Below are positions 1 through 11,743 of a stretch of DNA of 64,000 bases, one piece after another. A program made the translations under genes and the position numbers. The notes under the pieces are model-generated. The model had not been told where the DNA came from. It made no database searches and saw nothing but the letters and a program-made list of their open reading frames with translations. How positions within the stretch are numbered: the first letter of the stretch is position 1; each line of letters begins with the position of its first letter. Source of the stretch: Trichosphaerium sp. ATCC 40318 (taxonomy: Eukaryota > Protista > Tubulinea); the NCBI GenBank assembly GCA_038496445.1, contig JALMLS010000440.1, positions 248,001 to 312,000 of the forward strand. The letters run 5' to 3'.

Positions 1-2283
1 GTTCCAATGAAAGTTTGCAAAGTTGGTGATGAAAGAGTACTGGCAAGAACTGTTAGAATTCAGTTGTTCTAGATAAAATACGTACCTGAGTATTATATTA
101 GAGACTATGTACGGGATATAATTATCGTCTTTGAGAAATACAAGCTCTTGGTGAGATGCTGGTTTAATCATTGTTCGACGTAGTAATCTAAGAAAAAAAT
201 GAGAAACTTTTTTTTCTGAAGTGTACCCAAAGTCAGGCGCCAAGTGTGTTAGTCTTTGAAGCGTTTTAGAATCTTCATCACCATCTTTTAGTTATGTAAG
301 TATGAAATATAAAAACGGAGGTAATAGCATCATACCTTTGGCTTCACGAATTAAAGCAAAATATTCTTGAGAGTATGAAACTTCAATGGGTTTATGAGTT
401 TTCTTATCGTAAGTCAATATAACTCTTTTAAATCTGATTGATTCGTTTTTTATAGATTCTTCAATAACGTAAATGAGATTCATAAAAGCGTGAAACTTAG
501 CATTGCTAAAGAGCTGTTAATAGACCAAAAAAAAGAACGAAGAAAAAAAGAGGAAATTACAAAAATGTATTTTTTCCTTCACAGAAAGCATTCATACAAC
601 ACGGTTAAACTCAAATTTTATACTAAGTTCTTGTGTACAAAACTTTGAAGTGTTTGTTTGTATAGTACAATGTTCGGTTGTGACAAAAAAAAGGAGTAAA
701 AACAGAAAGAAAATAAAAAATTGATAAAAAAGAGTGTACCCTTTTGCGTAGTTACAAGCCATAAGCTCTAAAACGTTGTCTTTTAGCCTAAACCCTATTT
801 CAGATTTATCTTCCGATGCTTGAAGAAACATTCCAGTTTTCCATATTGATCTTGTCGTATATTGTCCCAAACAAATGACTCTATGTTGTAATCTTACAAA
901 AGTCTTTTCAGATAAATCAGATTGAAAAGTCCATTGACGTCCAGTTATATGAGCACCATGTGAATGTGATTTTTCTACATTAAACATACTGAAATCTCTT
1001 GATGGTTTAGGTGGTAAGAAGAAAGGCATGAATACAACAACATCCTGTACAGTAGATATAAACGAACTTAAATATAAAACTTCTTTATCCAATAAAATCT
1101 CAAAAATAGCATCCTTAAGAGTTTCCAATTGTGATACTTTAAGACCTTTTAATTTACTTCTAATACCTTGAAGCCATAATATAGGTACTGGATTCTCCCC
1201 AAAACTTGTCACAAGTTGAGAAAAAAGCATCAAAAGAAGAGTAGGTTCCAAGATAATCAAATGCCTTTTTCTGTTTTGAACTATATATCCCGATTCTTCA
1301 AGCTTATCAATAAGTGTACGTAGGTAAGATAGATCATAAGATAACTCCTCACAATGATCCTCAAACGCCTGAGTGCTTATACTAGCTCTATCTCGCTTAA
1401 GGGATAAAATCTTTTTCAGGATTTTCGAAAACTCTTGACGTGCTGATGACATTGCATATTCTATCAGATTTTGTATCAAACTCTTGAAAAACCTTTTTCC
1501 TTTTCTTATTGCCAAAAAATCAACTTGTTGTTTTTCGAATTTCACAGTTATTGCTGTCAACTCTTTACTAGCATATTTTCTACCCGTTAAATCACATGCA
1601 ATAATATGAGCGTTAGGAACCAAATCACTTTTAATCACGTGTCAGTGGCGTCGAGAGAACAAAAAACGAAAAACTGGACCAGTTTTTTTTAAATAAAGCG
1701 TTATTTGTACCGTATTGACTGTAAACGTGCGTCAAGCCATCCGGATAATACATCGCTTTCGTCATAAAAAACAACATAAACGCCGTCATTATTTATGAAT
1801 AAATGAGCCACAGGCCACTCAAAGTCGCTTAAACATGTGCATTCGAGCGTAATCTAAACGAAACAAATAATTTTAGAACGTCTGGTTTTGTGTGTACTCT
1901 AAACGTTCCGATTTACGTACCCTGTCGTTTAGTTCGAGCTCGAAAGACGCACGTGATAAACCAACACCGCGTTGTCCTACCTTCGACCAGTTAAAAGTAT
2001 CAAGAAGCTCCTAACGCGAGTTAAGAGCCAAGTAGGTGGAGTAAATGAAGAAGCATGCGGTTTAAGATTGATATTAGTTTAGATTGTTCTACTCTTTCGG
2101 ACGTACATCCGCTCTTGATATTATCACTAATCTAGCACAAATACCACCAGCTAATTGAGAAATACTCTAAAAGGAATAAACAAATGAAATCGTTTCTTTT
2201 ACACCACGTGATTAACATGTATTAGTTCTTACCCTTGATGTATTCAATATATACGCCGCAGAATTCTCTCTCGATACAGCCAT
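1..2283 (-). CDS. Roco-like Roc-COR protein with degenerate GTPase motifs (multi-exon, runs off the left edge)
   Basis: Spliced from ATG 2283. The exon at about 1710-1853 gives AHLFINNDGVYVVFYD...WLDARLQSIR, followed by DLVPNAHIIACD (Roc core pattern HxFFxxxxxYxxVxD...WLxSI...PxAxII). The ORF 592-1638 has COR-like motifs LEESGYIV...IILEPTLL, MPFFLP and TFVRLQHR...IWKTG. A downstream exon has LAPDFG, typical of the end of COR. Confidence 0.65.
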
Positions 2284-2779
2284 AGTTTAGCTCCTTTTTG
2301 TAAATGAAACTCACTTATTAACGTATTACGTTACAGCGTTGCCGAGATATCTGAAAATGGTTTGAAGATGCTACTTTGTTACAGTAAAACAAAAGTTCGT
2401 TGAAAGTCTTTGGAATAATTGTGTTTTTCGTTGTACAAAATTCTGGTGATTTAGTGAAAAATACACAATGTAAACGTGCCTCGCCTAAGTACCACAAAGA
2501 TTAAGTACATGGCAGAGGCCACAAAAAATACTAATTGCACATTGTAATATATTATTTGTAACACCGATGAAGATGTTGGTCGTTTAGTAACCAACCATGC
2601 AATGTAGATAGCAATATTTGAAGTGATACTGGTTTTTTGTCGGAACATTAACTTCATTACAACTATACCAATAGTACAACACGTGACCTTTAAACCCACT
2701 CATCTAACTACAACTAATATTTCTACATGTTCACCAGTTCAAACTTGAGGATGTGCAAAAGGTTGCCATGCGCTTTGGG

Positions 2780-3445
2780 TTACATGTTCGCCAGTTTACA
2801 TACTTTAACAATACTTTTTGTATGCTCCACTTGTTTACCGTTGACGTAATTACACGACTTATACAACGTTCCATCTATTGACCAAAACTTTTCCTCCCCC
2901 TGTTTTTTACCGTTGATGTAATTACACGACTTACACAACGTTCCATCAACTGTCCAAAACTTTTCCTCCCCCTGTTTTATACTATTGACGTAATAAGCCT
3001 GCTCAACTAACTGGCCATTGTTATGCCACTTCCTGTACTTCCCTTCTATTTTACCATTGATATATATGTAATGCCTGTACAATAGGGCATTTGAATGCCA
3101 CTCACTGTACGCCCCTTCTAGTTTACCATTAATGTAATTACACTGAGTTGACAATTGCCCACTAGAATACCAATACTTGTATTCTCCATCTTGTTTACCA
3201 TTGATGTAAGAAACCTGCTTCCATAATTGGCCACTGGCATACCTTTTTTGCCATTTTCCATGCTTTTCCAAGTCGCTGTCAAACCTAGTCACCATTGCGG
3301 CCCATTTTGAAAGAAGTGGCCAACATTTATAGAGTACTGTATCCAAATCTATGATATTCAGCTGAATCTCCACTGGGAGTTGTAGTAGACGACAGTTTAT
3401 CGGTTCTGTAGTAAATCTGTCTATATTGTTTGTTACGTGCGTCAT
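2780..3445 (-). CDS. F-box-like / MORN-variant repeat protein (intronless)
   Basis: N-terminal LLQLPVEIQLNII F-box-like motif, then about six 24-aa repeats (GxYxxWyxxGqLxxxxxYiNGkxe). The last two repeats are a near-exact 72-bp tandem duplication. Confidence 0.85.
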   Translation of the reverse strand: MTHVTNNIDRFTTEPINCRLLQLPVEIQLNIIDLDTVLYKCWPLLSKWAAMVTRFDSDLEKHGKWQKRYASGQLWKQVSYINGKQDGEYKYWYSSGQLSTQCNYINGKLEGAYSEWHSNALLYRHYIYINGKIEGKYRKWHNNGQLVEQAYYVNSIKQGEEKFWTVDGTLCKSCNYINGKKQGEEKFWSIDGTLYKSCNYVNGKQVEHTKSIVKVCKLANM

Positions 3446-3961
3446 TTAATGATATTTGTAGGAAGAGTTGTTTTGGTGAAGGCGATACTGTAAGATTTTA
3501 GGCCAAATAAAATAGTTGACTAAAGTCTTTCAACATTCTCAGAAATTTCTGTGATGCAGAAAATAAAAATAGTTGATTACAGTCACAAGAATCACGTTTT
3601 GCAAATTTCAGCCTGCACAGATGCGGCTGATAACTCGGTAAATATGGCAATCTACTCGCGACTTTGTTGGTCAGCGTTAAACCGCAATGTGGTACGGAGT
3701 CCGTAAACTTTGCACATCATTCTTGCGCGCTAGGTTATGGTCGACATTGCCACTGCGGCACCACATGCCTGCTTAGTATGCAACATTTTGTGTCTTGGAA
3801 GCAGTAGAAACACAAATATGTTAACACGTGTATACAAGTAAATAATACAACATGGTACGCAGGGTTTTGTTATTACATTTTTAATCATCTACAACTTTTC
3901 TTTTAACTGTAAAAAAAGAACCTCTTCTTGTGTCGAAAAAATAAAGAGAAACACTAAATTA

Positions 3962-5716
3962 TCACAAATCATCATTATTATCATCCTCACCGTTTTTACT
4001 TATTTTTGAGTCATGACGAACTTCAACAATCCTAGAATAAACGAATTAAGTATTTGTTCATTGTTTGGATAAAACCAATCTATTTTCAATTTGTGTTCCT
4101 TGGCACTCAAAAAAATCCTTTAACGTATATCGCACGTGTTGATAACAACGTAGTATAGTATTTCAATTGATAAAAAAAGTATTGTTGTGGTGACAAAAGG
4201 AGAGATAGAAGAAGAACGAAATAGGCTTGATACCCAAAAAAAAAAACAAGTAACGTACTTTAAGTAAAAGTCTATGCCTAGTACAAACAGTGTAGCAAGA
4301 AGTAGTGGAAATCCTTTTGTGTATGCATCTTCAAGCTCATCTTTTACTTCATCTGAGAACTCAACACTCTTATCACATTCGAATCGAGTAAAGTTTTTTA
4401 AGTACGGTCCTGTTGTGTTTAATAGAAATAGTTGAAATATCTCTTTTCCTCCACACGCCAATAACCCTTCTTCATCATTTGATGATATTCCTTTACATGT
4501 TTCAAAACACTTTAGGTCCGTTTTACCAAACCCGGTACAATTAGATGTATCTTGTCTAGTTAAGCCATTCTAGAGGAGCAAACGTTAACTTGAAGTTGCC
4601 AACACAAAAAAGGAGGAAAAAAAAAAGAAGCAAGGATATTCACGAAGGGTACGTACTATTACTCTGTTATCAATACCGGCATCACTTGTATCAAAAGTTA
4701 AGAATATAGCAACAACCAGTGCTGTCAGAATCCTAGAGGAATGTAGTTGTTAGTAAAGTTCAAAACAATAAAACTTGTAAAAACATTAAAAAAAAAACCC
4801 CTAACTGACTTACAATAGTACAGGCATTGTTATACAATCAAACCATGTAGAACATTCATTACAACCTTTTCTTATTTTTCGTGCAGTTGGAGTTTCCTAA
4901 AAGCAATATATGATAAGATTGGGATGTCAACAAAACTCGAATTCTCTGAACACAACTGGTACAAAAAAAAAACACTTTAAAAAAATATGTACTTTTCTTC
5001 CACAACAACGCCTGCGGTAATGAAACCTTATGACGAGAAGCGAAGCTATCAGAAAGAGGCTCACAGCTATAAAATCAAGTATAAAGAAAGCCCAGATTAA
5101 CCACAAAGAGTTTCTTTTCGCGAACTTGTCACCAAGAATCGCTACGTTTTCTGTATTATTACACGTTCCTACAAGCGTAGCGTTAGAAAACAAGGCCTTA
5201 TGATTTTGTAGAGCAACGCGATTGTTTTCAAAATCTCGTTTTCGGCCAAAGTTACAAAGAAAAGATTCTGGGGATTAAAAAACGTACTCGACGCTATTTC
5301 TTCTAGTGTAGGGCATAAATCTATCTGGTTTTTGCCCAAAGATCCTTATCGAAGCCCAATTAGTACTAATTCGACTCGCTTTATTCGTATTCTAGAGCTA
5401 TATGTAACGTACCGTATGTACATACGTCGTCTACGAACTCAAGGTCTTCCAGAAGTAATTCGCTTGGATTTTCAACAATGAATAGCCAAAGTGATATAAT
5501 ACCAACGATTATGCCAACTACTAGAGATATAACGCTTAAACACATCCGAATCAATTTCGGTGGATGACAACAACACCCACATTCTGGAAAGCAGTTCGCA
5601 AATCGCTCAGTAGCGTTATCTTTATGTTGTTTAACCCATGAGGTAGCTTTTTTAGGCGCTTCGCCTAGTCTAGTCTTTAAGCTCTTAGTTGGCTCGCTTG
5701 AAGCATCGGTTGCCAT
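3962..5716 (-). CDS. Hypothetical 4-TM membrane protein with Cys-rich large loop (multi-exon)
   Basis: ATG 5716 (MATDASSEP). Four hydrophobic segments lie in ORFs 5381-5743, 4927-5193, short exons at about 4660-4900 and ORF 4120-4461. The loop before TM4 is Cys-rich (CTGF...CFETCKG...ACGG...FECD). The acidic tail ends GEDDNNDDL-stop at 3962. Confidence 0.6.
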
Positions 5717-6129
5717 CAAATAGCAAGCACCTTTGTCGTACAATCGTTATCAGCCACAAATATGCAGTTGTAGCCAGAAAACTGACAATTTCCAAAACAT
5801 GACCCAAAAAAGCCAAAAACAAAAAAATCAACCAAGAATTCTTCAACAATCTGCTCATTTGCTCTTGGACTGTTTGCCCGCTTTTGTTGAGGTCCACGCG
5901 CTTACGCTGGGATAGTGCGAAATAGTGGTATGGCGCTTGCGTCTTTACTGAGGGCAGCAGCATCGCTTTTGAGACTGTTCCAAAATTCAGTAATTGCTAA
6001 TGATACATAGCTTTAAAAACAGAACCATACTACAGCTACTTCATCTACTATCGATAAAATAAGTTTTTGATCGTACATAGAAGTTCTTGTCACGTGTATT
6101 CATACGTTTGATAACCAAAGTTAAACAAG

Positions 6130-6610
6130 AAATAAGGATGCACAAAAAAAGGTTTGTATTTACACTCCATTTTACGTATATTAGTACAAATTCTTGTTTG
6201 CTTAGTGGAACTTGACTTTGTTTGGTCACTGCCGGAAGGTTGCATCATCCAAATATGGAGCTGGAGTAGTAAGGTAGAAAAAGTGAATTGTTGGTGCAAA
6301 ATACTGAGTTCTATCAGAAATACTCGCAATGCGATGGTTGCTAAAGTGCAGTAATCCCTATATTAGTATTGTGATACCAATATAGCGTATACAACTTTTA
6401 CAAGTAGCCCACCAATCTTCCAACACGTTTTGTTCAAAAAAGTAAAAATATTGTTGCATACAATGTCAAGGACTGAGCTGAAAGTGAAGAATAAGTACCA
6501 TACTAGAATATATCCGATTAAGTTCTCAGTGACATCAGCTATGTAAACATGGAAAAAATAAAATAGCAATACTAGCGCCAATAAATCAATCCGTAAACCA
6601 TTCTTTGAAA
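6130..6610 (-). pseudogene. Decayed 3' fragment paralogous to the PA-7TM gene at 11744-13862
   Basis: ENLIGYILVWYLFFTFSSVLDI|LHIWMMQ matches DNPVGYVIVWYSFFMFSSVLDL|LQIWMVQ, including the intron position. IGASIAILFF (compare VGASSFAILFF) lies in a different frame, implying a frameshift. No upstream exons were found. Confidence 0.5.
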
Positions 6611-6651
6611 ACCATTTGGTCATTGTTCCACAAACTGTGTACCACCCTGTA

Positions 6652-8199
6652 ATGGAGCCTCCAAATGAGTACGTCTGGTTTTATACATATTTTAGTGCAC
6701 TTGGGCAGCTATCGAACAATAGTTGTACAAACAACATTAAAGCCTTCCTACTCATTTAAAAATATCTGAAAACGCGTATTACAACACTTTTAACAGATTT
6801 GTACTTGTTTCGGCCATTTTCGTTCAAAACGTACTATAAACGCTGGTGTACACTAATTAACGTTAATAGAGATCACCAAACGACGCTTTTAAGCCTACCG
6901 AACGAAATTATTACGAAAATCTTATCTCATTGCCCTAAACGGTTAAATCTATTAAAAACTTGCTGGTTATTCAATTGTATCATTGATCACGTTGGTATTG
7001 ATGGATTTATTACACTTCATACAGGAGATGAATGTAAAGCTTTCTCCAAGAGCCCAATGCTTGGTATAGCACCAGTAACGGTACGTGATATTCGATTTAG
7101 TTAAAATCTACTGGAAATCAAGTTTGCTTTTTTGGTTTTTGAGGGTCACGTGGTGGATGAATAATGATTAAATAAGTACCATGCTGAATCCAATTTAACT
7201 TTGAAAGTATACTGAGAGCAAAGAGATGTTTTAGTGGACGTTAGACCTGTTACCAACAAAAAACGACATTTTGTTAGCCATTTTTCAGGTTGTACACAGT
7301 CACGTATCTTATGGACTTCAACACAATTAGTCATTCCTTTTTTATCACTTTGAAACGCTTCCCATGCTTATTTTAGACATCTATTCAATACCCAGGGTTG
7401 TTTAAAAAACACGTGACTCCCGAAAAAAGTCATAACATTTTAGCTCTTTTTAGATATTTTTTTGGTTGTTTTTGTTATTCACGTGCGCTTATAAATGTAT
7501 CGATATTTACTTGTTTTTAAGCTCTCTGGTTCTCATACTCCCTTTGGATTTTGGCACGATATCGCTTCTAGAGTAAACGTATTTACAGGGCTTAAAGTGA
7601 TTGAGTTTAATAGCGTTGAATTAACTAATTCTGGTCTGAGATCACTACAAGGTGTAAAGACATTAATACTTAATCAATGTAATTCAATATCCGATGGAGG
7701 TCTAAGATGTCTTCAGGGTATCCGTACGCTAGTTATATTTGGTTGTCAAGGTATCACACATGAAGGTATATCACCAATGGCTCAAAGTTTACATGAACTA
7801 AAACTCAATAATTCGGCAATTTGTAATGACGGTCTCGAAGACATTATCAAACAAGCAGTTAAGTTACAGACCATTACACTTGGTGAAAACAATGGAATTA
7901 ATACAGGGTGTGTCCACGCGCTTTCAAATATACATACAATTCATTTTGAGTGGAGTGATTGCGTTAGAGATCGTGTGATGCATTTTCTTTCAAAAGTTCA
8001 TACAATCACTTTTAATCAATGTGCACAGTTGACTCCACGTGGTATTTCAAATCTATCTGGAGTTCAATACATTCGTTTAAGGGATTGTTATCTTGCAGGA
8101 AATGGTAGTGTATTGGAGTCTGACTATTCAATAATTACAAAAGACGAGGGAGGGTTTAAAGTAGTTGTACTTACTCGTAATACCAAAGATGATTGGTAG
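6652..8199 (+). CDS. F-box / leucine-rich repeat protein (spliced)
   Basis: ATG 6652 (MEPPN) splices in frame to DHQTTLLSLPNEIITKILSH (F-box). The last exon (ORF 7495-8199) has LRRs of the LxGVxTLxLxxCxxIxDxG type. Confidence 0.75.
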
Positions 8200-8465
8200 T
8201 AGTCTTCTGCTTTGATGTGAAGTACAAGAAATAAATAGATTTTTAGCACAAGTGTTCGCGCACTGGCTTGCCTCTATTTGCTACTCATGTTCTAGCTTTT
8301 CAGCTTGCTTTATTATAACTTAGCATAGGACTGTATATGACTCTTGTGTCCTTTGGTACAGAGACTAATAATAAACCAAATGCTGTTAACTTTTCTTGAA
8401 GTTTTATTGAACAGGTCGAATAGTCCTCGTGTTTCTTTCCAGTGCGAAGTTGTTTAAAGGTATAG

Positions 8466-9632
8466 CTACATGACTGGAGACAATCTTCTTATACATTGAT
8501 CTCTATCAGGAGGCATGGTTGGAGGTTCAGGTTGTACAAAAAGCATTGAAGAAATACTGTCAACAAGGAAAGGAATTAAACTAAAAAAAGTGATATCCTC
8601 TGTACTGATATCCAAAGAAAAATAATTTACATTCGAAATCCCTATAATTACATTATCCGAGATTGCCGTCATGTCTAAGTGTACCAATAAAAAGTAAGAA
8701 CAAGCAAGAAAAAACAAAGAAAAACGTAAATAATCTAAAAAAACATGTGCTTACCGAAAACACCTAAGGATGGTGCAGGAAAGTCCAATAGCTTCTCAAG
8801 GGCACAAGTAGATAAAGTATAAATACCCAATTTTTGACGTCCAGCAATGTACATTTTGTCTCCAACTATCTCCACTGGGTAACAGTAATTAGCAATGATT
8901 AGGTCCGGACATAGCATAAATTGTTTTACAAAAAATTCAATTTACATCACAGTTAGTTCACTACAAATTGCAGGTTCAAATGAACGCTTGTGTGTATTGT
9001 CGCAAGAGCCAACAGACTAAAGCGAAATAATAACGAAGCTTGGCACTTTCCAAATGGCACCCAATAAATACTGAAGTTGTTTTTATAAACTCCGTACATG
9101 CTGGTGTGGTTCCAATTTGTGATATATCCACTTCACAAACAACCTCAGTAAAGTCACAACCTGTAATCTTACGAATAGAAGTCCCAATAATGCCATATAT
9201 TTCTTGTGTATCTCGTCTCGCTGCCAAATTAATAGTAACACCAGTAGCAGCACAAAACAGCTATATGAACAGAAAATAGTTAGTTCAGACATGAATATTT
9301 AAGTACTACGGTAATTAATACCTTTTCATCACATGTGAACGGATCTACATGTACAATCTCATCAAACGGTTTTAAAACAAGTGTATTTGTTGATCGTAAA
9401 TAAGTCATAGAATTTGGCTGATTAAAGTTTGAGCAGGCTAAAGTGAGGTGGTTATAAGCATCATAATAAAGAGTAGAATAATATTACTTTGTAAAATGAC
9501 ATTTATATCACTCATTGATCTTATCTCGAACCCGCCAAGGTTGTGGTTAATTATATAAGCATCAGTGACTTGTCCGAGTACTGTGTAGGTTGTATACAAA
9601 AATAGGTAGAATAAGATAGCTGTAGCCTTCAT
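8466..9632 (-). CDS. Hypothetical secreted protein (multi-exon, beta-strand rich)
   Basis: Signal peptide MKATAILFYLFLYTTYTVLG, followed by successive exon-sized ORFs on the minus strand separated by GT-AG introns. The 3' end is uncertain and no family was recognised. Confidence 0.55.
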
Positions 9633-11321
9633 TTTGTGATGGTTACAACTTATTAACTACCTACTTACCTTATACTACAAATCTCGTAAAATCACGTGTG
9701 ATTTTTCTTTTCACGACATTCTCGTCGCTCTTAACTCTATAAACTCCGAATCATTGAAGTGCTCAAATAATCTGTTTAAAACATTTTGCTACCACAACAG
9801 CTATAGAATTACAGAGGTTGGCTATGGTTAACAAACTGTAAGCAATTGTAAAATACAATATGATCACTAGTTTCGTTTATGCATACATTGTTTGTTTCCC
9901 AAACACTGGTGTAGTGATGTACCTACCATAGATTAATATAAATTAATACAAGATTCCGGTACCTATGTATAGCCTTTAGGCAGGTAAGGCAAGCAAACTT
10001 GTATTCTTTTGGCTTGGTACTTAGAACTTTGTCGAAGTGATAGCTTAAAAAGCCAACAAGCAATGGCTGTAACTTGCGTACCAGGTGTGACTAACCAATC
10101 TGAACCATACATACTGATCATCTGCTGAGGCGCAAGGATCATGTGGGAAATCCCAAAACTGTGGTAGTAGTCACGTGTACCAATCTCAGGAGCGATTTTC
10201 ATCACAAAAAAAGTGCATTGACAGAAGTGTCAGATCTTGCTAGATCTGCTAAAAGTGCTAGAAACTCACTTAGCCGTTGGGTATAGCGACTTACTTTGTG
10301 ATGTATGGTTGCACGTTATTACCTTACCTAGCCTAGTAAACTGGTATCTGGTATCACAGTTTGCTTCAATGAGGGTTCACTGGATAGTATAATAAAGTTT
10401 GCTTACAGGCCTAATATTTTGCCAAAACGTTGGAAATTGTTCTACTAAAATTAATACAAGTTTTCGGATAGGTTTTCTGTTGCTCTGCAACTTACTCCTT
10501 CGCCTACACCTGTATACGAAAAAAGGCAAAATTAAAAAAAAAACCAAGTGTCTTGGTTCTATTTTCAAAATGTCATGTTCAGTAATTGTATCATGTGCGC
10601 CCTACAAAAAAGAAATGTCAAAATATTTCCATGGCCACCACGCAATTTGTTCAAAATGACTCAAGCTTAAAAACCCAAAGTCGTTCAACTTCCCTACTAC
10701 GAAAGACAGAAATTATGGGACGGCATAGGGTGTAATTCTGAATTTTTTCCCGTTGGTCAACATGCTTGGAATTCTGGTATATAATAGGAGGATTATTGAA
10801 TAATTTTTGAGCAAATACCAGGTTTTTAACAACAACACAGAAGATCGAAAATCATGCTACAAAAACCTCGTAGTTATGTGTTTTACATTAATGGTTGAGC
10901 TTTTTATAACATGATTTTTGGTGTTTTTTCGATAAAAAAAAAACAAGTTCTAAAATTAAACCACAAAGATGAGTAAAGCATCTCATATATTACGCAATGA
11001 ATCCGAGCTCCATGAGTCTATTTGGGACATGCTGGGGTTTCCAAAAGCGTTCTAAAATGTCAGTTGATTAAATGGGAAAAAAGCGATGTCCTTTTGGTTT
11101 GAGTTATCCTTTTTGGAGAACGTGTCACAATATTCTACGTTTGTTAGATATAGATTAGATTTAACTTTAACTCGTATAAAGGCACTTTCTTGTCGTAGAG
11201 ATTATCTTATTGGACAGAATATGTACTTGAACAACACTTACAGAGAGCAAAACAGTTTTAACTCTCCAGGAATGACGTCTTTAGTTGCAGTATATGGGCA
11301 TACATCCTAGTATTGGCAGTC

Positions 11322-11397
11322 ACTCACAAACATCCTTCTGAAGCACATTTTTTATAACTGTTGGTAAAAAATGTGCTTCAGAAGGATGTTTGTGAGT
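11322..11397. repeat. Perfect 33-bp inverted repeat with 10-nt loop
   Basis: actcacaaacatccttctgaagcacatttttta (11322-11354) is the exact reverse complement of 11365-11397. The loop is taactgttgg. Confidence 0.9.
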
Positions 11398-11743
11398 TGA
11401 TTGGGCCCTTAAGAGTGGAAAAACAGTTTGCCGAGTGTCTAACTACTCCGAGGCACTCCGAAACGGAAAAGTCTTTTGATGTTGTTAATGCGTAGTTCTC
11501 AACTACGTTAAGATGGCATTAGCGTACAAAAGTAGTAAATATTTTTCGCGGGCTCGGGCTAATTACGTCACAAATGCTGCAGCAACGCCTATTTTGTCAA
11601 GAAGTAGTTTGACTGCCTTTTTGGCGTTCTGTAACATAGACATCATTTTAGTTAGAGCTAACACTTCGTTTGTTAAATTTGTTTAATAAGATTAGGTTGT
11701 GATTTGATAAGTGATGTTCCGAAAAGATTTTGGTGTGCTAAGA

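Noticed and set aside
2451-2699. Hydrophobic 82-aa ORF
   Set aside because: Non-ATG start, no splice support and no recognisable homology.
9900-11310. Short ORFs and protein-like fragments (e.g. LPYYERQKLWDGIG)
   Set aside because: No coherent spliced model or recognisable family could be built.
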